Shown: positions 35,783 to 45,743 of the stretch, in pieces
How positions within the stretch are numbered: the stretch's first letter is position 1
Layout: each line of letters begins with the position of its first letter
Position numbers and translations under genes: made by a program
DNA from: a virus
DNA: 64,000 nt
Reading direction: 5' to 3' (one strand)
IMG/VR virus record: IMGVR_UViG_2928611649_000001
Location: 1 to 64,000 of that record
The notes under the pieces: generated by a model
What the model saw: only the letters and a program-made list of their open reading frames with translations
What the model was told of the DNA's origin: nothing
The model's database searches: none

Positions 35783-36515
35783 CGGGCCGTCCGTTTGGCT
35801 GATGCCGCGCCCGAAGCTGGGAGGGAGAACGATTCTCGACGAACTGTTCAACCGGTTCGATGGGTCGTACGCTGGGACGTGGAAGGCCAAATTCAGCGGC
35901 CCGCAATCGATCCAGAACTGGAAGGACGCATGCGCGCGGGTATTTGACAGGGAAGGCCTGACGCTGTCGCAGGTCGCGGCCGGATTTGAGGCGTACGAGC
36001 GCCTGTACCCGACTTGGCCGCCGACGGCGCAGGAGTTCGCCAACATCTGCAATCCGCCGGTCGACCCAGTGGCCGCCTACCACGAAGCACTGTCCGGCCT
36101 GGAGGCGCGCGGTAAGGGTGAGCAAGGCGCTTGGTCGCACCCGGCGATCTTCTGGGCCGCGTCCGGCATGCGCATCGAGTTGGCCAGCCAGCCCGGCCAG
36201 TTCATGAAGGAGCGCTGGGCGGCAGCCCTGAAGGCGCAGCTGGCGCGCGGCACGTGGGAGCCGATCCCGGAGCCGCGCGTGCTGCTGCCGGCGCCCGGCA
36301 AGTCGCCGACGTCGCAGGAGGACGCGCAGCGCATGCTGGCCAAGCTCGGCGCCCAAGGCATCACGAAGACGGCCAAGAGCGACATCGACGGCAAGCGCTG
36401 GGCGAAACGGATCATGGAGCGGTTCGAGCGCGGCGACCGGTCGCTGAAGGCTTTTCAGATCAAGGAGGCGCGGATTGCGCTGGGCATCAAGACCGATAAC
36501 GAGGAGGAATCGTGA
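35754..36515 (+). CDS. Hypothetical protein (possibly replication-associated)
   Basis: 253 aa. Confidence 0.35.
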   Translation: MELSTSHHADGPSVWLMPRPKLGGRTILDELFNRFDGSYAGTWKAKFSGPQSIQNWKDACARVFDREGLTLSQVAAGFEAYERLYPTWPPTAQEFANICNPPVDPVAAYHEALSGLEARGKGEQGAWSHPAIFWAASGMRIELASQPGQFMKERWAAALKAQLARGTWEPIPEPRVLLPAPGKSPTSQEDAQRMLAKLGAQGITKTAKSDIDGKRWAKRIMERFERGDRSLKAFQIKEARIALGIKTDNEEES

Positions 36516-36928
36516 AAAAGCCACGCAAATACCAAGGCGCCGCCGTCTCGCCGCTGATCGTATTGGCCTCCAAGCAGTTGGTAGGGCAGGGCGATACCGA
36601 CCAAATCGCGCTACCGCTCCTGATCCACTTCGACGGCGCCAAGCGCGGGCGCGGCTCGGTGGCCGCACACCGGTTCTTGACGACGCACCTGATCATCGCG
36701 TCAGCCATCGCCACCGGTACTGGGCTCAAAGCCATGCATGCCCAGGTGGTCGCCGCCTATGCCGCGCTGACGAAGGCGGCCGAGCGCCCCACGAAAGAGC
36801 TCGACCTGACGACCAGCGAATACGCGACGATCCGCAAGGCCATCGCCTCCTACCTGCACGTGCTGCCGCAAATCGAAGTGGGGCTGATGATGTTTGCGAC
36901 CGGGCACGCCGCCAAGGTGCTGGCGTGA
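36512..36928 (+). CDS. Hypothetical protein
   Basis: 138 aa. Confidence 0.35.
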   Translation: MKKPRKYQGAAVSPLIVLASKQLVGQGDTDQIALPLLIHFDGAKRGRGSVAAHRFLTTHLIIASAIATGTGLKAMHAQVVAAYAALTKAAERPTKELDLTTSEYATIRKAIASYLHVLPQIEVGLMMFATGHAAKVLA

Positions 36929-37119
36929 ACGCGCCACTCAGCCGAGACGAGCTCCTGGCCGTGCTACTCGCGCCGGCGCGCCGCGATCCCGAACCGAGCC
37001 GCGCGCTGCCAGCAGCAGCCTACCGCGACCCGGCGCAGAGCGTGCAACTGGAGGCCGAGAAAGCGAAGCCGGCGCGAAAGAAACCCAGACCGCCAAAGGT
37101 GAATAAGAAATGGCGATAG
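36925..37119 (+). CDS. Small basic protein (GTG start)
   Basis: 64 aa with a Lys/Arg-rich C-terminus. Confidence 0.25.
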   Translation: MNAPLSRDELLAVLLAPARRDPEPSRALPAAAYRDPAQSVQLEAEKAKPARKKPRPPKVNKKWR

Positions 37120-37190
37120 TTGTAGGTTTCACCAATTACATTTCGATTTTGCTGTGTTAACCTTTGGCATTCTTCCCCGGAGCAACTCAC

Positions 37191-37748
37191 ATGGGCTTTG
37201 CCGATAAGTACGTTTGGGCCTTGGGCGCCAGCACATTGCAGGACGACGAGACACACCACGCGACCGAGCCGCTGTTTGCCGCGGCAGTCGCTGACACCGT
37301 CGGCATCGGCATCGGGGCGCTGCTGTCGCGCGTCAAGTTCGCCGACGGCTCGATCAGCAAGGTCTTCGAGTCCGGCACGCAGAACCTGCCGCACTTGATC
37401 CGCACATGGTCGGCGCTGGTGGCGCAAAAGGGCGAGGAGCGCAAGTGGGTGAAGATTCGCGCCGAGTGGGATGTCGCCGCCGCGTCCGCGCTCTATGCGC
37501 GCGTGGCTCAGCGCTCGCTGGCGCACTGGCTCGACGGCAAGTGCAAGGCATGCTGCGGCACCGGCGTGACGGCCGAGCGGCGCATCTGTCAGACCTGCAA
37601 GGGCAACCGCGCCGAGGAAATCACTGGGCAGGGCTTCGAGGCCAACCTGGTCAAGGACATGATCAGCGAGCTGGATGGCCTGCTTCAAGCGCACAACGCG
37701 CGCGCCGCCGCCCGGTTGCGCCGCGAGCCCGCCGGGTCGATTCTCTGA
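37191..37748 (+). CDS. Q-like late-gene antiterminator candidate (zinc finger CKACCGTG...CQTCKG)
   Basis: GGAG RBS. Position is between the nin-like genes and the packaging genes. Has a four-Cys zinc finger. Confidence 0.4.
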   Translation: MGFADKYVWALGASTLQDDETHHATEPLFAAAVADTVGIGIGALLSRVKFADGSISKVFESGTQNLPHLIRTWSALVAQKGEERKWVKIRAEWDVAAASALYARVAQRSLAHWLDGKCKACCGTGVTAERRICQTCKGNRAEEITGQGFEANLVKDMISELDGLLQAHNARAAARLRREPAGSIL

Positions 37749-37792
37749 CCCTCGACATTATCACGAAGTTCTATCTCTAGAGGCCTCGCGCA

Positions 37793-38308
37793 ATGAGCAT
37801 CAGCCAGTCCCGATTCGAAGCCATTTTCAGCGGCCAGAGCTCCGTCGCAAAGAAGGTCTATGACGCCGTCCCGATTTCCGAAAGCTGGAACGTGAAGCGG
37901 ATCACCGCCGAACTGATTCGCCAAGGCACCGGCCAGGACCCACGCACCATCGCCGGCTGCCTCGACACGCTGAAGCGGTCCGGGCTAATTAATGAACTGC
38001 TGCGCGGTGAATTTCGCCGCGAGTCGGTCAAGGAAGTGACTGTCAAGAAAGTGGAGGTCGAAGTGAACTCGAAGCCTGTAGGTGTTCCAACCCCTGAGGC
38101 GCCCGCGCCGGTCTTGCAACCAGGCGTATCGCCGATGGATGTCCTAGGCCATCTGGCCGCACGTGCCGCCGCGTTGTCGCAGATGGCGCGCAACCTGTGC
38201 GCCGACATCGAGAATGCAGCCGTCGAGATTCAGCAGCACGTGGAGAGCGTCGAGCAAGATACGCAAAAGTTCAAGCAGTTGCAGTCGCTCCTGAAAAGCA
38301 TGAGCTGA
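37793..38308 (+). CDS. Hypothetical protein
   Basis: 171 aa. Confidence 0.4.
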   Translation: MSISQSRFEAIFSGQSSVAKKVYDAVPISESWNVKRITAELIRQGTGQDPRTIAGCLDTLKRSGLINELLRGEFRRESVKEVTVKKVEVEVNSKPVGVPTPEAPAPVLQPGVSPMDVLGHLAARAAALSQMARNLCADIENAAVEIQQHVESVEQDTQKFKQLQSLLKSMS

Positions 38309-38513
38309 TTTTATTTTCGAAAGTTGTAGATTTCTACATTGCGCGGCGTTGATATGCGTTGATATGATGGAGGCCTTAAATACTTTCTGCGTGTCGTAAT
38401 GCGGGCTCACAAGCCCCACCGCTAGCAGGGATTTGCGAGTTGTGTCAGCCGTGATGCTGCCGCTCGCCTGTACGACCCGCCCACTTCGCAGATAGCGCTG
38501 GGGCAAAAATCCA

Positions 38514-38546
38514 AAGCCCGCGCCGCAAGGTTCGCGGGCTTTTTCA
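38514..38546 (+). terminator. Rho-independent terminator (GCCCGCG..CGCGGGC + T5)
   Basis: aaagcccgcgccgcaaggttcgcgggcttttt. Confidence 0.55.
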
Positions 38547-38571
38547 TTCGGCGCCACACCGCAAGGCTGCC

Positions 38572-38733
38572 ATGACGAACACGACGCACCCGAGTAAGCA
38601 ACTGGTCCGCGACTATCTCGACGCGCGCACGCGCTCCACGGAGCCGCCGCCCACGCCCGCCGAGGTGCGGCGTGAGCTCGGCTGGGATCTAATCCCCGCG
38701 AACCGCCAGCCGGACCGCGCCGACGAACCGTAA
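38572..38733 (+). CDS. Small conserved protein (53 aa MTNTTHPSKQLVRDYLDARTRSTEPPPTPAEVRRELGWDLIPANRQPDRADEP), paralog of 16320..16470
   Basis: Shares MT(H/N)TTHPSKQ...PP..AE(I/V)R..LGW.L(L/I)P.N with the copy downstream of VR2. Confidence 0.45.
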   Translation: MTNTTHPSKQLVRDYLDARTRSTEPPPTPAEVRRELGWDLIPANRQPDRADEP

Positions 38734-38768
38734 GCCGCCCGGCCAGCGCGGCACCCGAGAGGATTCAC

Positions 38769-39056
38769 ATGATTACCCCAACCGTGGGCCGCAAGGTCTG
38801 GTACCGCCCGAACGCATACGACAAACTGGGCCCGGGCGGCATGCAAGCCTATGGCGAGCAGCCGTGCGATGCAACCATCGTCGCCGTGCATTCGAATGCG
38901 CTGGTCAACTTGGCAATCTTCGACCACAACGGCAATCTGCATAAGCGCACCTCCGTGACGCTGCTGCAGGACGATGCCAAGGCGAACGAGGGAGCATCGT
39001 ACGCCGAATGGATGCCGTACCAAACGACCCAGGCCGCGAAGCACGCAGCCGAATAG
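38769..39056 (+). CDS. Hypothetical protein
   Basis: 95 aa, GAGAGG RBS. Confidence 0.45.
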   Translation: MITPTVGRKVWYRPNAYDKLGPGGMQAYGEQPCDATIVAVHSNALVNLAIFDHNGNLHKRTSVTLLQDDAKANEGASYAEWMPYQTTQAAKHAAE

Positions 39057-39288
39057 AACTGGCCGGCCGCGTGAGCACACCGCGCCACCCAGCAACGGAG
39101 GTGCGCCATGAAGTAGCCTCGCCCAAGACATTTTAGAAAGAGCACCCAGCCGGGCGCCGCCTTCGGGCCGCGCGCCAAACCGGCCGCCAGGACGCTGTAA
39201 CCAGGCACCCAATTCGCTGTACCTGCGGTAGCCCCGACGTTACGACAACGGGCGAGAGCGCAGGGCGGCAAGTAGCACCAGTGTCACC

Positions 39289-39376
39289 GGAAGCATGGCT
39301 GAGAGGCCGAAAGCAACGGCTTGCTAAGCCGCACGCTCGCAAGGGCGCCCAGGTTCGAATCCTGGTGCTTCCGCCA
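39289..39376 (+). tRNA. tRNA-Ser (anticodon GCU), type II with a long variable arm
   Basis: GGAAGCA...TGCTTCC acceptor stem. CCAGG-TTCGAAT-CCTGG T arm. Anticodon loop TTGCTAA. 3' GCCA. Confidence 0.7.
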
Positions 39377-39381
39377 GTTTT

Positions 39382-39455
39382 GCGGGTGTAGCTCAATGGC
39401 AGAGCTGACGCTTTCCAAGCCTATGACCAGGGTTCGATTCCCTGTACCCGCTCCA
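39382..39455 (+). tRNA. tRNA-like, probable tRNA-Gly (UCC) with an imperfect anticodon stem (possibly degenerate)
   Basis: GCGGGTG...TACCCGC acceptor stem. CAGGG-TTCGATT-CCCTG T arm. Loop TTTCCAA. The anticodon stem GACGC/GCCTA pairs at only 3 of 5 positions. Confidence 0.45.
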
Positions 39456-39530
39456 GTGTCTCCCGCCCAGCTCGCGCTGGTCGTTCGCCGCCGCGCGCCA
39501 GTCGCCGGTGGCTTTTTTATTTGAGGTGGC

Positions 39531-39668
39531 CATGGGCCTTGATTTCGACTTGCGTGGCTTCGTGATCTTCTGCGTGCTGGCCGGCGCCGCTGTCGCGACT
39601 GCGCTCATCTACGGCCTGCCGTGGCTGTGGTCAGCCATCAAACCGCTGCTGCACGCGGCATCGGCATG
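39531..39668 (+). CDS. Small membrane protein (45 aa), first of three ATGA-coupled small ORFs
   Basis: GAGGTGG RBS. One TM helix (FVIFCVLAGAAVATALIYGLPWLW). Confidence 0.35.
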
Positions 39669-40072
39669 AGTCTCCTCGCCGCCATGATGATCCTGTGGAG
39701 CGTTGACCGCCCCGCACCGGTGCCGGCCGCTCCGGCCTCGCCGAACGCATCCTGGCCGTACCGGGCGCCGGCATGAGTGCCGCCGAGAACTGGGCGAACC
39801 AGAAGGTGAACACCGTCATCTGGCGCGCCGACATCGACACTTCCCGTCGGTGGATTTCGATCTGCTGCCAGCTGCTGCGCATGCAGCGCGACATCGTGCA
39901 ACGCAGGATTCAAGGGCCCGGCTCCGGCAAGGCGAGATAGATCACGTGCTGCCGCCAGCGCGCTTCCAGTGGCGGTCAATAACGGGCGCAGTCGTCGTCG
40001 AGCAAGAGCCGGAAGTCCTCCGCAGAACACCGCGGTCTGTTACGGACCGGGCGGCGACAACAAGGACTCACA

Positions 40073-40318
40073 TGAACCAGCACCAGCACCCTTCGAACAA
40101 CGACGTCCTCGGCGCACCGAAAGGCTGGGACCAGGATGAAGTTCCATGCCGGGCCCTGCCGATCACCCGCGTCAGCTACGACGGCATCGCTGCCGTGATG
40201 TCCTACTGGAAGCCGACCGCCGACGAACTGGCCATGCTCAACGCCGGCGGCTCGGTCGCGCTGTCGATCATCGGCACCACGATGCCGCCGGTGATGCTGG
40301 CGGTCGACCCGGCGTAAG
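40073..40318 (+). CDS. Hypothetical protein
   Basis: 81 aa. Confidence 0.3.
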
Positions 40319-40470
40319 CGCATGGAATTCGTCCACTTCAAGGTATTCGAGGGAAGAGACGCCAAAGGCCGCCCGATCAGCGCATGGTCGTTCTATGCAC
40401 GCAGGACGGAATGGAGGCGCGGCTTCGTTGTAGCGCTTGGCCCATACCGGTTCGCGCTGCTCGCCGGCTG

Positions 40471-41109
40471 ATGGCTGCGAAGAAGCCCGTCGCGCCCGGC
40501 CAGACCAGGCCGATGCCGCCCGAAAGCTTCACCGACGCACTGAGCGCCCGCTACATGCCGGCGCCCGAAGTGCTCAAGTGGGTCCGCGCCGAGATCCTGA
40601 CCGAAGGCGGCCAACTGCACAATCCCGACCACGAGCACCTTGAGTACGCCGACATCCAGTTCCTCTGGGCGCCGGAAGGCTTCAACAAGCAGGGCCGCAC
40701 GGTGCTGGGCCAGTGCGAAGAGGTCACATTTCGCTGCGGGCCATGGCAGAAGGGCCGCCAGCAACAACAGATGGCCGACTGGTTCGGCATGGTGCCGCAG
40801 TTCCTGATCACCCTGGACGCGAGCTACTGCCTCACCTGCAGCGACGTCGAGTTCTGCGCGCTTGTCGACCACGAGCTCTACCACGCAGCGCAAGAGCTGG
40901 ACGAGTTCGGGCAACCGGCGTTCAACAAGTACGGGCTGCCTAAGCTCTGCATGCGAGGACATGATGTCGAAGAGTTCATCGGCGTGGTCCGCCGCTACGG
41001 CCCAGGCGTCGATGTGCAGCGCCTGATCGATGCCGCCAAGGGCGCGCCGGAGGTGGCGAAACTTAATATTGCGAGGGCTTGCGGTACGTGTCTGCTGAGA
41101 GCGGCTTGA
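40471..41109 (+). CDS. Putative phage metallopeptidase (HExxH: DHELYHAAQ)
   Basis: HELYH motif. Typical location upstream of the terminase. Confidence 0.5.
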   Translation: MAAKKPVAPGQTRPMPPESFTDALSARYMPAPEVLKWVRAEILTEGGQLHNPDHEHLEYADIQFLWAPEGFNKQGRTVLGQCEEVTFRCGPWQKGRQQQQMADWFGMVPQFLITLDASYCLTCSDVEFCALVDHELYHAAQELDEFGQPAFNKYGLPKLCMRGHDVEEFIGVVRRYGPGVDVQRLIDAAKGAPEVAKLNIARACGTCLLRAA

Positions 41110-41141
41110 CCTTGACATGCCCTTGACGGAAGGCAACTCCC

Positions 41142-41621
41142 ATGGCGGCACTCAAGGATGACGTGAAAGCCTTCATCGTGCAGGCCCTGGCGTGCTTCGA
41201 TAAGCCTACACAGGTTGTCGCGTCGGTCAAAGAGCAGTTTAAGCTCGATGTCACACGTCAGCAGGTGGAGGCTTACGACCCGACCAAATACGCTGGCCGG
41301 ACGCTGAATCTCAAGTGGAGCACGCTGTTTAACGACACGCGCAAGCGCTTCCGTGAGGATACCGCGGACATTGGCATTGCCAGCCGCGCCGGCCGTCTGC
41401 GCGCACTTGACCGCATGGCAGGAAAGGCTGAGGACAAGGGCAACATCCCGCTGGCGATCCAGATCATCAAGCTGGCCGCCGAGGAAGTGGGCGACGTCTA
41501 CGTGAATCGCCGCCTGGACGCGCCCAAAGCACCCGTCGGTACGCAAGAGGGCGGAATTCCGGCCGCTGCCGAGTATGTGCTGAAGCCTGACGAAGATGTC
41601 CCAGAACAGCCCGTACTCTGA
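41142..41621 (+). CDS. terS: Terminase small subunit (DUF2280-like)
   Basis: KAFIVQALACFDKPTQVVASVKEQFKLDVTRQQVEAYDP. Immediately precedes terL. Confidence 0.6.
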   Translation: MAALKDDVKAFIVQALACFDKPTQVVASVKEQFKLDVTRQQVEAYDPTKYAGRTLNLKWSTLFNDTRKRFREDTADIGIASRAGRLRALDRMAGKAEDKGNIPLAIQIIKLAAEEVGDVYVNRRLDAPKAPVGTQEGGIPAAAEYVLKPDEDVPEQPVL

Positions 41622-42915
41622 TCCGCCGATAGCGCTGACGCCGAAGCAGGCGAACATCTACTGCTGGGGCTGGCAGAAAAAGGCGCGCTTCCGCGATGCG
41701 GTTTGCGGCCGTCGCTTCGGCAAGACGTTCCTGGGCAAGGCTGAGATTCGCCGCGCTGTGCGTCTGGCCGCGAGTTGGGGCGTCAGCGTTGAAGATGAGA
41801 TCTGGTATTGCGCGCCGACGTTCAAGCAGGCGAAGCGCGTGTTCTGGCGCCGCCTCAAGCAGGCGATCCCGGCCAGCTGGCGAGCAAGCAAGCCGAACGA
41901 TACCGAGTGCTCGATCACCACCAAGGCCGGTCACGTCGTTCGCATCGTCGGCCTGGATGCTTACGACAACCTGCGCGGCTCTGGCCTGTTCTTCGCGCTG
42001 GTCGATGAGTGGGCGGATTGCCCATATGCGGCCTGGGAAGAAGTGCTACGCCCGATGCTCTCCACCTGCAAGTTCACCATCAACGGTGAGCAGCGGGTCG
42101 GCGGCCACGCGCTGCGCATCGGAACGCCGAAGGGCTTCAACCACTGCTACGACAGCTACCTGGACGGACAGGGCCGTGAGCCCGACCACAAGAGTTGGCT
42201 GTACACCTCGGTCGACGGCGGCAACGTGCCGGCGGAAGAGATCGAAGCCGCGCGCCGGAAGATGGACCCGCGCACGTTCCGCCAGGAGTACTTGGCGAGC
42301 TTCGAGAACTACCAGGGCGTCATCTACTACTGCTTCGACCGCCGGAAGAATCACACGGACGATACGGTCAAGGCTGGCGATGCGCTGCACATCGGCATGG
42401 ACTTCAACGTCGGGAAAATGGCCGCGGTGGTCTACGTGATCCGCGACGACCTGCCGCGTGCGGTGGACGAGTTTGCCGACGTGTTCGACACGCCGGCGAT
42501 GATCCAAAAGATCAAAGACCGCTACCAGCAGGCAGGCCAGCTGCATACCATCGCGGTGTACCCGGATGCCTCCGGCCAGAATCGTAAAACCAGCGGCGCG
42601 AGCGAGTCGGACCTGTCGCTGCTGCGCACGGCTAAATTTACCGTGGTCGTCGACCCGACCAATCCGGCAGTCAAGGATCGCATCAACAGCATGAACGCCA
42701 TGCTGTGCAACACCTACGACGAGCGCCGCTTCCTGGTCAACACGAACAAGTGCCAGAAATACACGCTCTGCCTTGAGCGCCAGATCTACGACGACAAGGG
42801 GGAGCCGGACAAGAAGGGTGGCTTCGACCACATGAACGACGCAGGCGGCTACTTCATCACGAAGCGCTGGCCGGTCGTCAAACGCACCGCATCGGTGAGT
42901 GCGATGCCAAAATAG
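41596..42915 (+). CDS. terL: Terminase large subunit
   Basis: Walker A VCGRRFGKT. 439 aa. Confidence 0.85.
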   Translation: MSQNSPYSDPPIALTPKQANIYCWGWQKKARFRDAVCGRRFGKTFLGKAEIRRAVRLAASWGVSVEDEIWYCAPTFKQAKRVFWRRLKQAIPASWRASKPNDTECSITTKAGHVVRIVGLDAYDNLRGSGLFFALVDEWADCPYAAWEEVLRPMLSTCKFTINGEQRVGGHALRIGTPKGFNHCYDSYLDGQGREPDHKSWLYTSVDGGNVPAEEIEAARRKMDPRTFRQEYLASFENYQGVIYYCFDRRKNHTDDTVKAGDALHIGMDFNVGKMAAVVYVIRDDLPRAVDEFADVFDTPAMIQKIKDRYQQAGQLHTIAVYPDASGQNRKTSGASESDLSLLRTAKFTVVVDPTNPAVKDRINSMNAMLCNTYDERRFLVNTNKCQKYTLCLERQIYDDKGEPDKKGGFDHMNDAGGYFITKRWPVVKRTASVSAMPK

Positions 42916-42937
42916 TTATGCAGAAAAAGAGGGCTCC

Positions 42938-44377
42938 ATGAGCGATGTGCGCACACAATCGGATGAGGCGGCAGAGCTGAACGCCGGCACTCCGCTGGTC
43001 AAGGCGCTGCTCGGCGGGACGAAGGCGATGCACGCCGCTGGCAGTAAGTACATGCCACGCCAGCCTCGCGAGGACCAGGAAGACTGGCAATACCGCCTGG
43101 ACACGGCCACACTGTACCCAGCCTTTGAGCGCACCGTCGAAGTCTTGGCCGCCAAGCCATTTAGCAAGCCGCTGAAGCCTGCGGACGATACCCCGGCGCG
43201 CATGAAGCCGTGGGTGGATAGTATCGATGTCGTGGGCAAGAAGGGGCGGAATCTCCATACATTCGCGTCCGCCATCTGCCAGGATGCTATCGCATATGGT
43301 TTCTGCGGCATTCTGGTCGACTATCCGAAAGTCCAGAACATCCGGACCAAGGCCGACGAGATCGCATCAGGCGCCCGTCCATACTTCGTGCACGTCCGCA
43401 GTGAATCCATTCTCGGCTGGCTGCCTGCCGACGCGCAAAGCGTGGAAGAACTGACGCAGCTGCGCCTTCTGGAATCAGCCTCGGTTGCTGACGGTGAGTT
43501 CAACAGCAAATGCATCGAGCAGGTGCGCGTCCTCGGTCGCGGAACCTGGCAGGTGTGGCGCAAGGCTGAAACTGGAAACAAGGAGTGGGCAGTCCACGAC
43601 GAGGGAACAACGACGATCAGCACCATTCCATTCGTGCCCGTCTACGGAAAGCGCAAGGGCTTCATGTGTGCGACGCCACCAATGATGCCGCTCGCCGAGC
43701 AGAATAAGGACCACTGGCGCGAATCGAGCGATCAGCGTGACAGCGTGCGGTTCTGCCGCAAGCGCATGCTGGTCTTCATCGGCGCCGAGCCGGAAGGCGA
43801 AGTCACTGCCGCGTCGAACTACTTTGTGAAGCTGCCACAGGGGTCGGACGCGAAGATCCTGCAAGGGTCCGCCGAGGCTGTGAAGATTGGCCGTGACGAG
43901 ATCAATACGATCGAAGAGCAGATGCGCCAGTCCGGATCGGAGATGCTTGTCATCCGGCCCGGCAAGGTCACAGCGACGCAAACGACATCTGAAAATCAAG
44001 GCAACCTTTGCGCGCTGCAACAGATTGCCTTCGATCTCGACGATTCGCTGAATACAGCCCTGCAGCTGATGGCTGAATGGGTGGGGGAATCGCAAGGCGG
44101 GCACGTCGCGGTATTCAAGGACTTCGGCGCGGCGACATTGGCCGAGGCAAGCGCTGATCTGCTGCTTAAGGCGACGTTGGCCGGCGAGATGTCAAAGGAA
44201 TCGCTGCACGAGGAACTGCAGCGGCGCGGTATTCGCTCGGGAGAAATCACCTGGGAGGAAGAGAAGAAGCGCATCGAGGCTGACCGTGAACTGGACGGCA
44301 TGCCGCAGTTTTCGGTGCCGATGCCTGGAGCTCCGGCGCCGACCCCTTCGCCAACGCCAGCCGCAGCGGCTGAATAA
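42938..44377 (+). CDS. Portal protein
   Basis: Position after terL. ~480 aa. Pro-rich C-terminal tail. Confidence 0.7.
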   Translation: MSDVRTQSDEAAELNAGTPLVKALLGGTKAMHAAGSKYMPRQPREDQEDWQYRLDTATLYPAFERTVEVLAAKPFSKPLKPADDTPARMKPWVDSIDVVGKKGRNLHTFASAICQDAIAYGFCGILVDYPKVQNIRTKADEIASGARPYFVHVRSESILGWLPADAQSVEELTQLRLLESASVADGEFNSKCIEQVRVLGRGTWQVWRKAETGNKEWAVHDEGTTTISTIPFVPVYGKRKGFMCATPPMMPLAEQNKDHWRESSDQRDSVRFCRKRMLVFIGAEPEGEVTAASNYFVKLPQGSDAKILQGSAEAVKIGRDEINTIEEQMRQSGSEMLVIRPGKVTATQTTSENQGNLCALQQIAFDLDDSLNTALQLMAEWVGESQGGHVAVFKDFGAATLAEASADLLLKATLAGEMSKESLHEELQRRGIRSGEITWEEEKKRIEADRELDGMPQFSVPMPGAPAPTPSPTPAAAAE

Positions 44378-45519
44378 TGAGCGCCCTCGAAGAGTGGCTG
44401 CTTGAGGCGCTGCTCGGCAACGGCATAAAGATGCTGCGCGTCGAGGCCGAGATCAAGGCCAAGGTGCTGGCCCTGCTGATCCTGATGCAGAAGGATCTGG
44501 TCGGGGCGCTGGCCAACGCTGGCGAGCTGTCCGAGATGGGCAAGGCCGCCAAGGCGACGGTGCTGCGCGAGTCCAACGCGCTGATCGCCGACTACTACGG
44601 CCGGGCGCAGCTGCAGGTCGACCTGTACGGCATCGCCGAGGTCGAATCGCTGGGCGTGAAGAAGGCGCTGGCCAGCGTGATCGAGCGCGCGGCCGGGCCG
44701 GCTGGCGTCGAGGTGCGGCTGGGCATCGGCATCCCGAGCGAAGGCTACCTGCGCAAGCTGGCCAGCGACGTGCTGATCCAGGGCGCGCCGTCGAAACAGT
44801 GGTGGTTGCGCCAGCAGCTGGACACGCAGTTCAAGGTGACGAACGAGATCCGCATCGGCGCCGCCCAGGGCGAGACGAACGCGCAGATCATCAAGCGCAT
44901 CGTCGGTCAGGAGGTAACGGTCAAGCCGGCCGCGCCGACGGCCAAGGGGCCTGCGGTACCGGAATTGGTGCCGGGTGTGCCGGGTGTGATGCCGCTGGCG
45001 CGCAAGAACGCCGCCGCCATCGTGCAGACGAGCATGGCGACCGTCTCCGCCGCCGCGCGCCGCGCCACGCTGGAGCTGAATAAGGACATCACTAACGGCA
45101 TCATGCAGGTGAGCGTTCTCGATTCGCATACTTCGACGACCTGCATCGCCTACAGCGGCGCGTGCTGGGACTGGGACTATCAGCCAATCAACGGCAACGA
45201 CCTGCCATACCTGTCGGGCGTGCCGCGACACTGGAATTGCAGGAGTATAGAAATTGCAATTCTTAAGACACTGCGCCAGATGGGCATCGACATGGATGAG
45301 CCAGACCCCGGTCAGCGCGCCTCGGCCGCCGGCCCGATCAGCGCCAAGACGACGTTTGCGGAGTTCCTCAAGGCGATGGGCCCGGCCTACCAGAATGAAA
45401 CGCTGGGACCGGGCCGCGCAGAACTGTTCCGCGCCGGCAAGCTGACGCCGCGCGACTTGGTGAACATGGACGGCCGCCCGATGAAGCTGTCGGAACTCAA
45501 GGTGCTGCACTCGAACTGA
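44377..45519 (+). CDS. Head morphogenesis / minor capsid protein (SPP1 gp7 / Mu F-like)
   Basis: Position after the portal. 380 aa. Confidence 0.6.
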   Translation: MSALEEWLLEALLGNGIKMLRVEAEIKAKVLALLILMQKDLVGALANAGELSEMGKAAKATVLRESNALIADYYGRAQLQVDLYGIAEVESLGVKKALASVIERAAGPAGVEVRLGIGIPSEGYLRKLASDVLIQGAPSKQWWLRQQLDTQFKVTNEIRIGAAQGETNAQIIKRIVGQEVTVKPAAPTAKGPAVPELVPGVPGVMPLARKNAAAIVQTSMATVSAAARRATLELNKDITNGIMQVSVLDSHTSTTCIAYSGACWDWDYQPINGNDLPYLSGVPRHWNCRSIEIAILKTLRQMGIDMDEPDPGQRASAAGPISAKTTFAEFLKAMGPAYQNETLGPGRAELFRAGKLTPRDLVNMDGRPMKLSELKVLHSN

Positions 45520-45533
45520 TGTAGAATCGCCGG

Positions 45534-45743
45534 ATGACATTCGATGCCAAAACCCTGCTGGCCGCGCCGCTGGTCGACCTCACTGTCGACGGGCTGGCCG
45601 CTGCGCTGGCGACGCTCCAGGCGGCCGGCTTCGGCGGTGCTGGCGTGAAGCTGCCGGGCGGCGCGCCGGTCCGCAAGCTGAACCTGGCTGCGCACGGCGA
45701 GCAGGCCGCGCATTTCGTACTGACCGATGGAGCTCTAAAATGA
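45534..45743 (+). CDS. Hypothetical protein
   Basis: 69 aa. Confidence 0.3.
   Translation: MTFDAKTLLAAPLVDLTVDGLAAALATLQAAGFGGAGVKLPGGAPVRKLNLAAHGEQAAHFVLTDGALK

Noticed and set aside
39057-39288. GC-rich non-coding stretch upstream of the tRNAs considered as a third tRNA or tmRNA.
   Set aside because: I could not fold a cloverleaf or tmRNA-like domain by eye. It is left as a possible structured leader only.
39703-40317. 204-aa ORF spanning the small-ORF cluster.
   Set aside because: Its N-terminal part is Arg-rich frame noise across three better-supported RBS-bearing small ORFs. Only the C-terminal 81 aa (40073..40318) has a plausible start.
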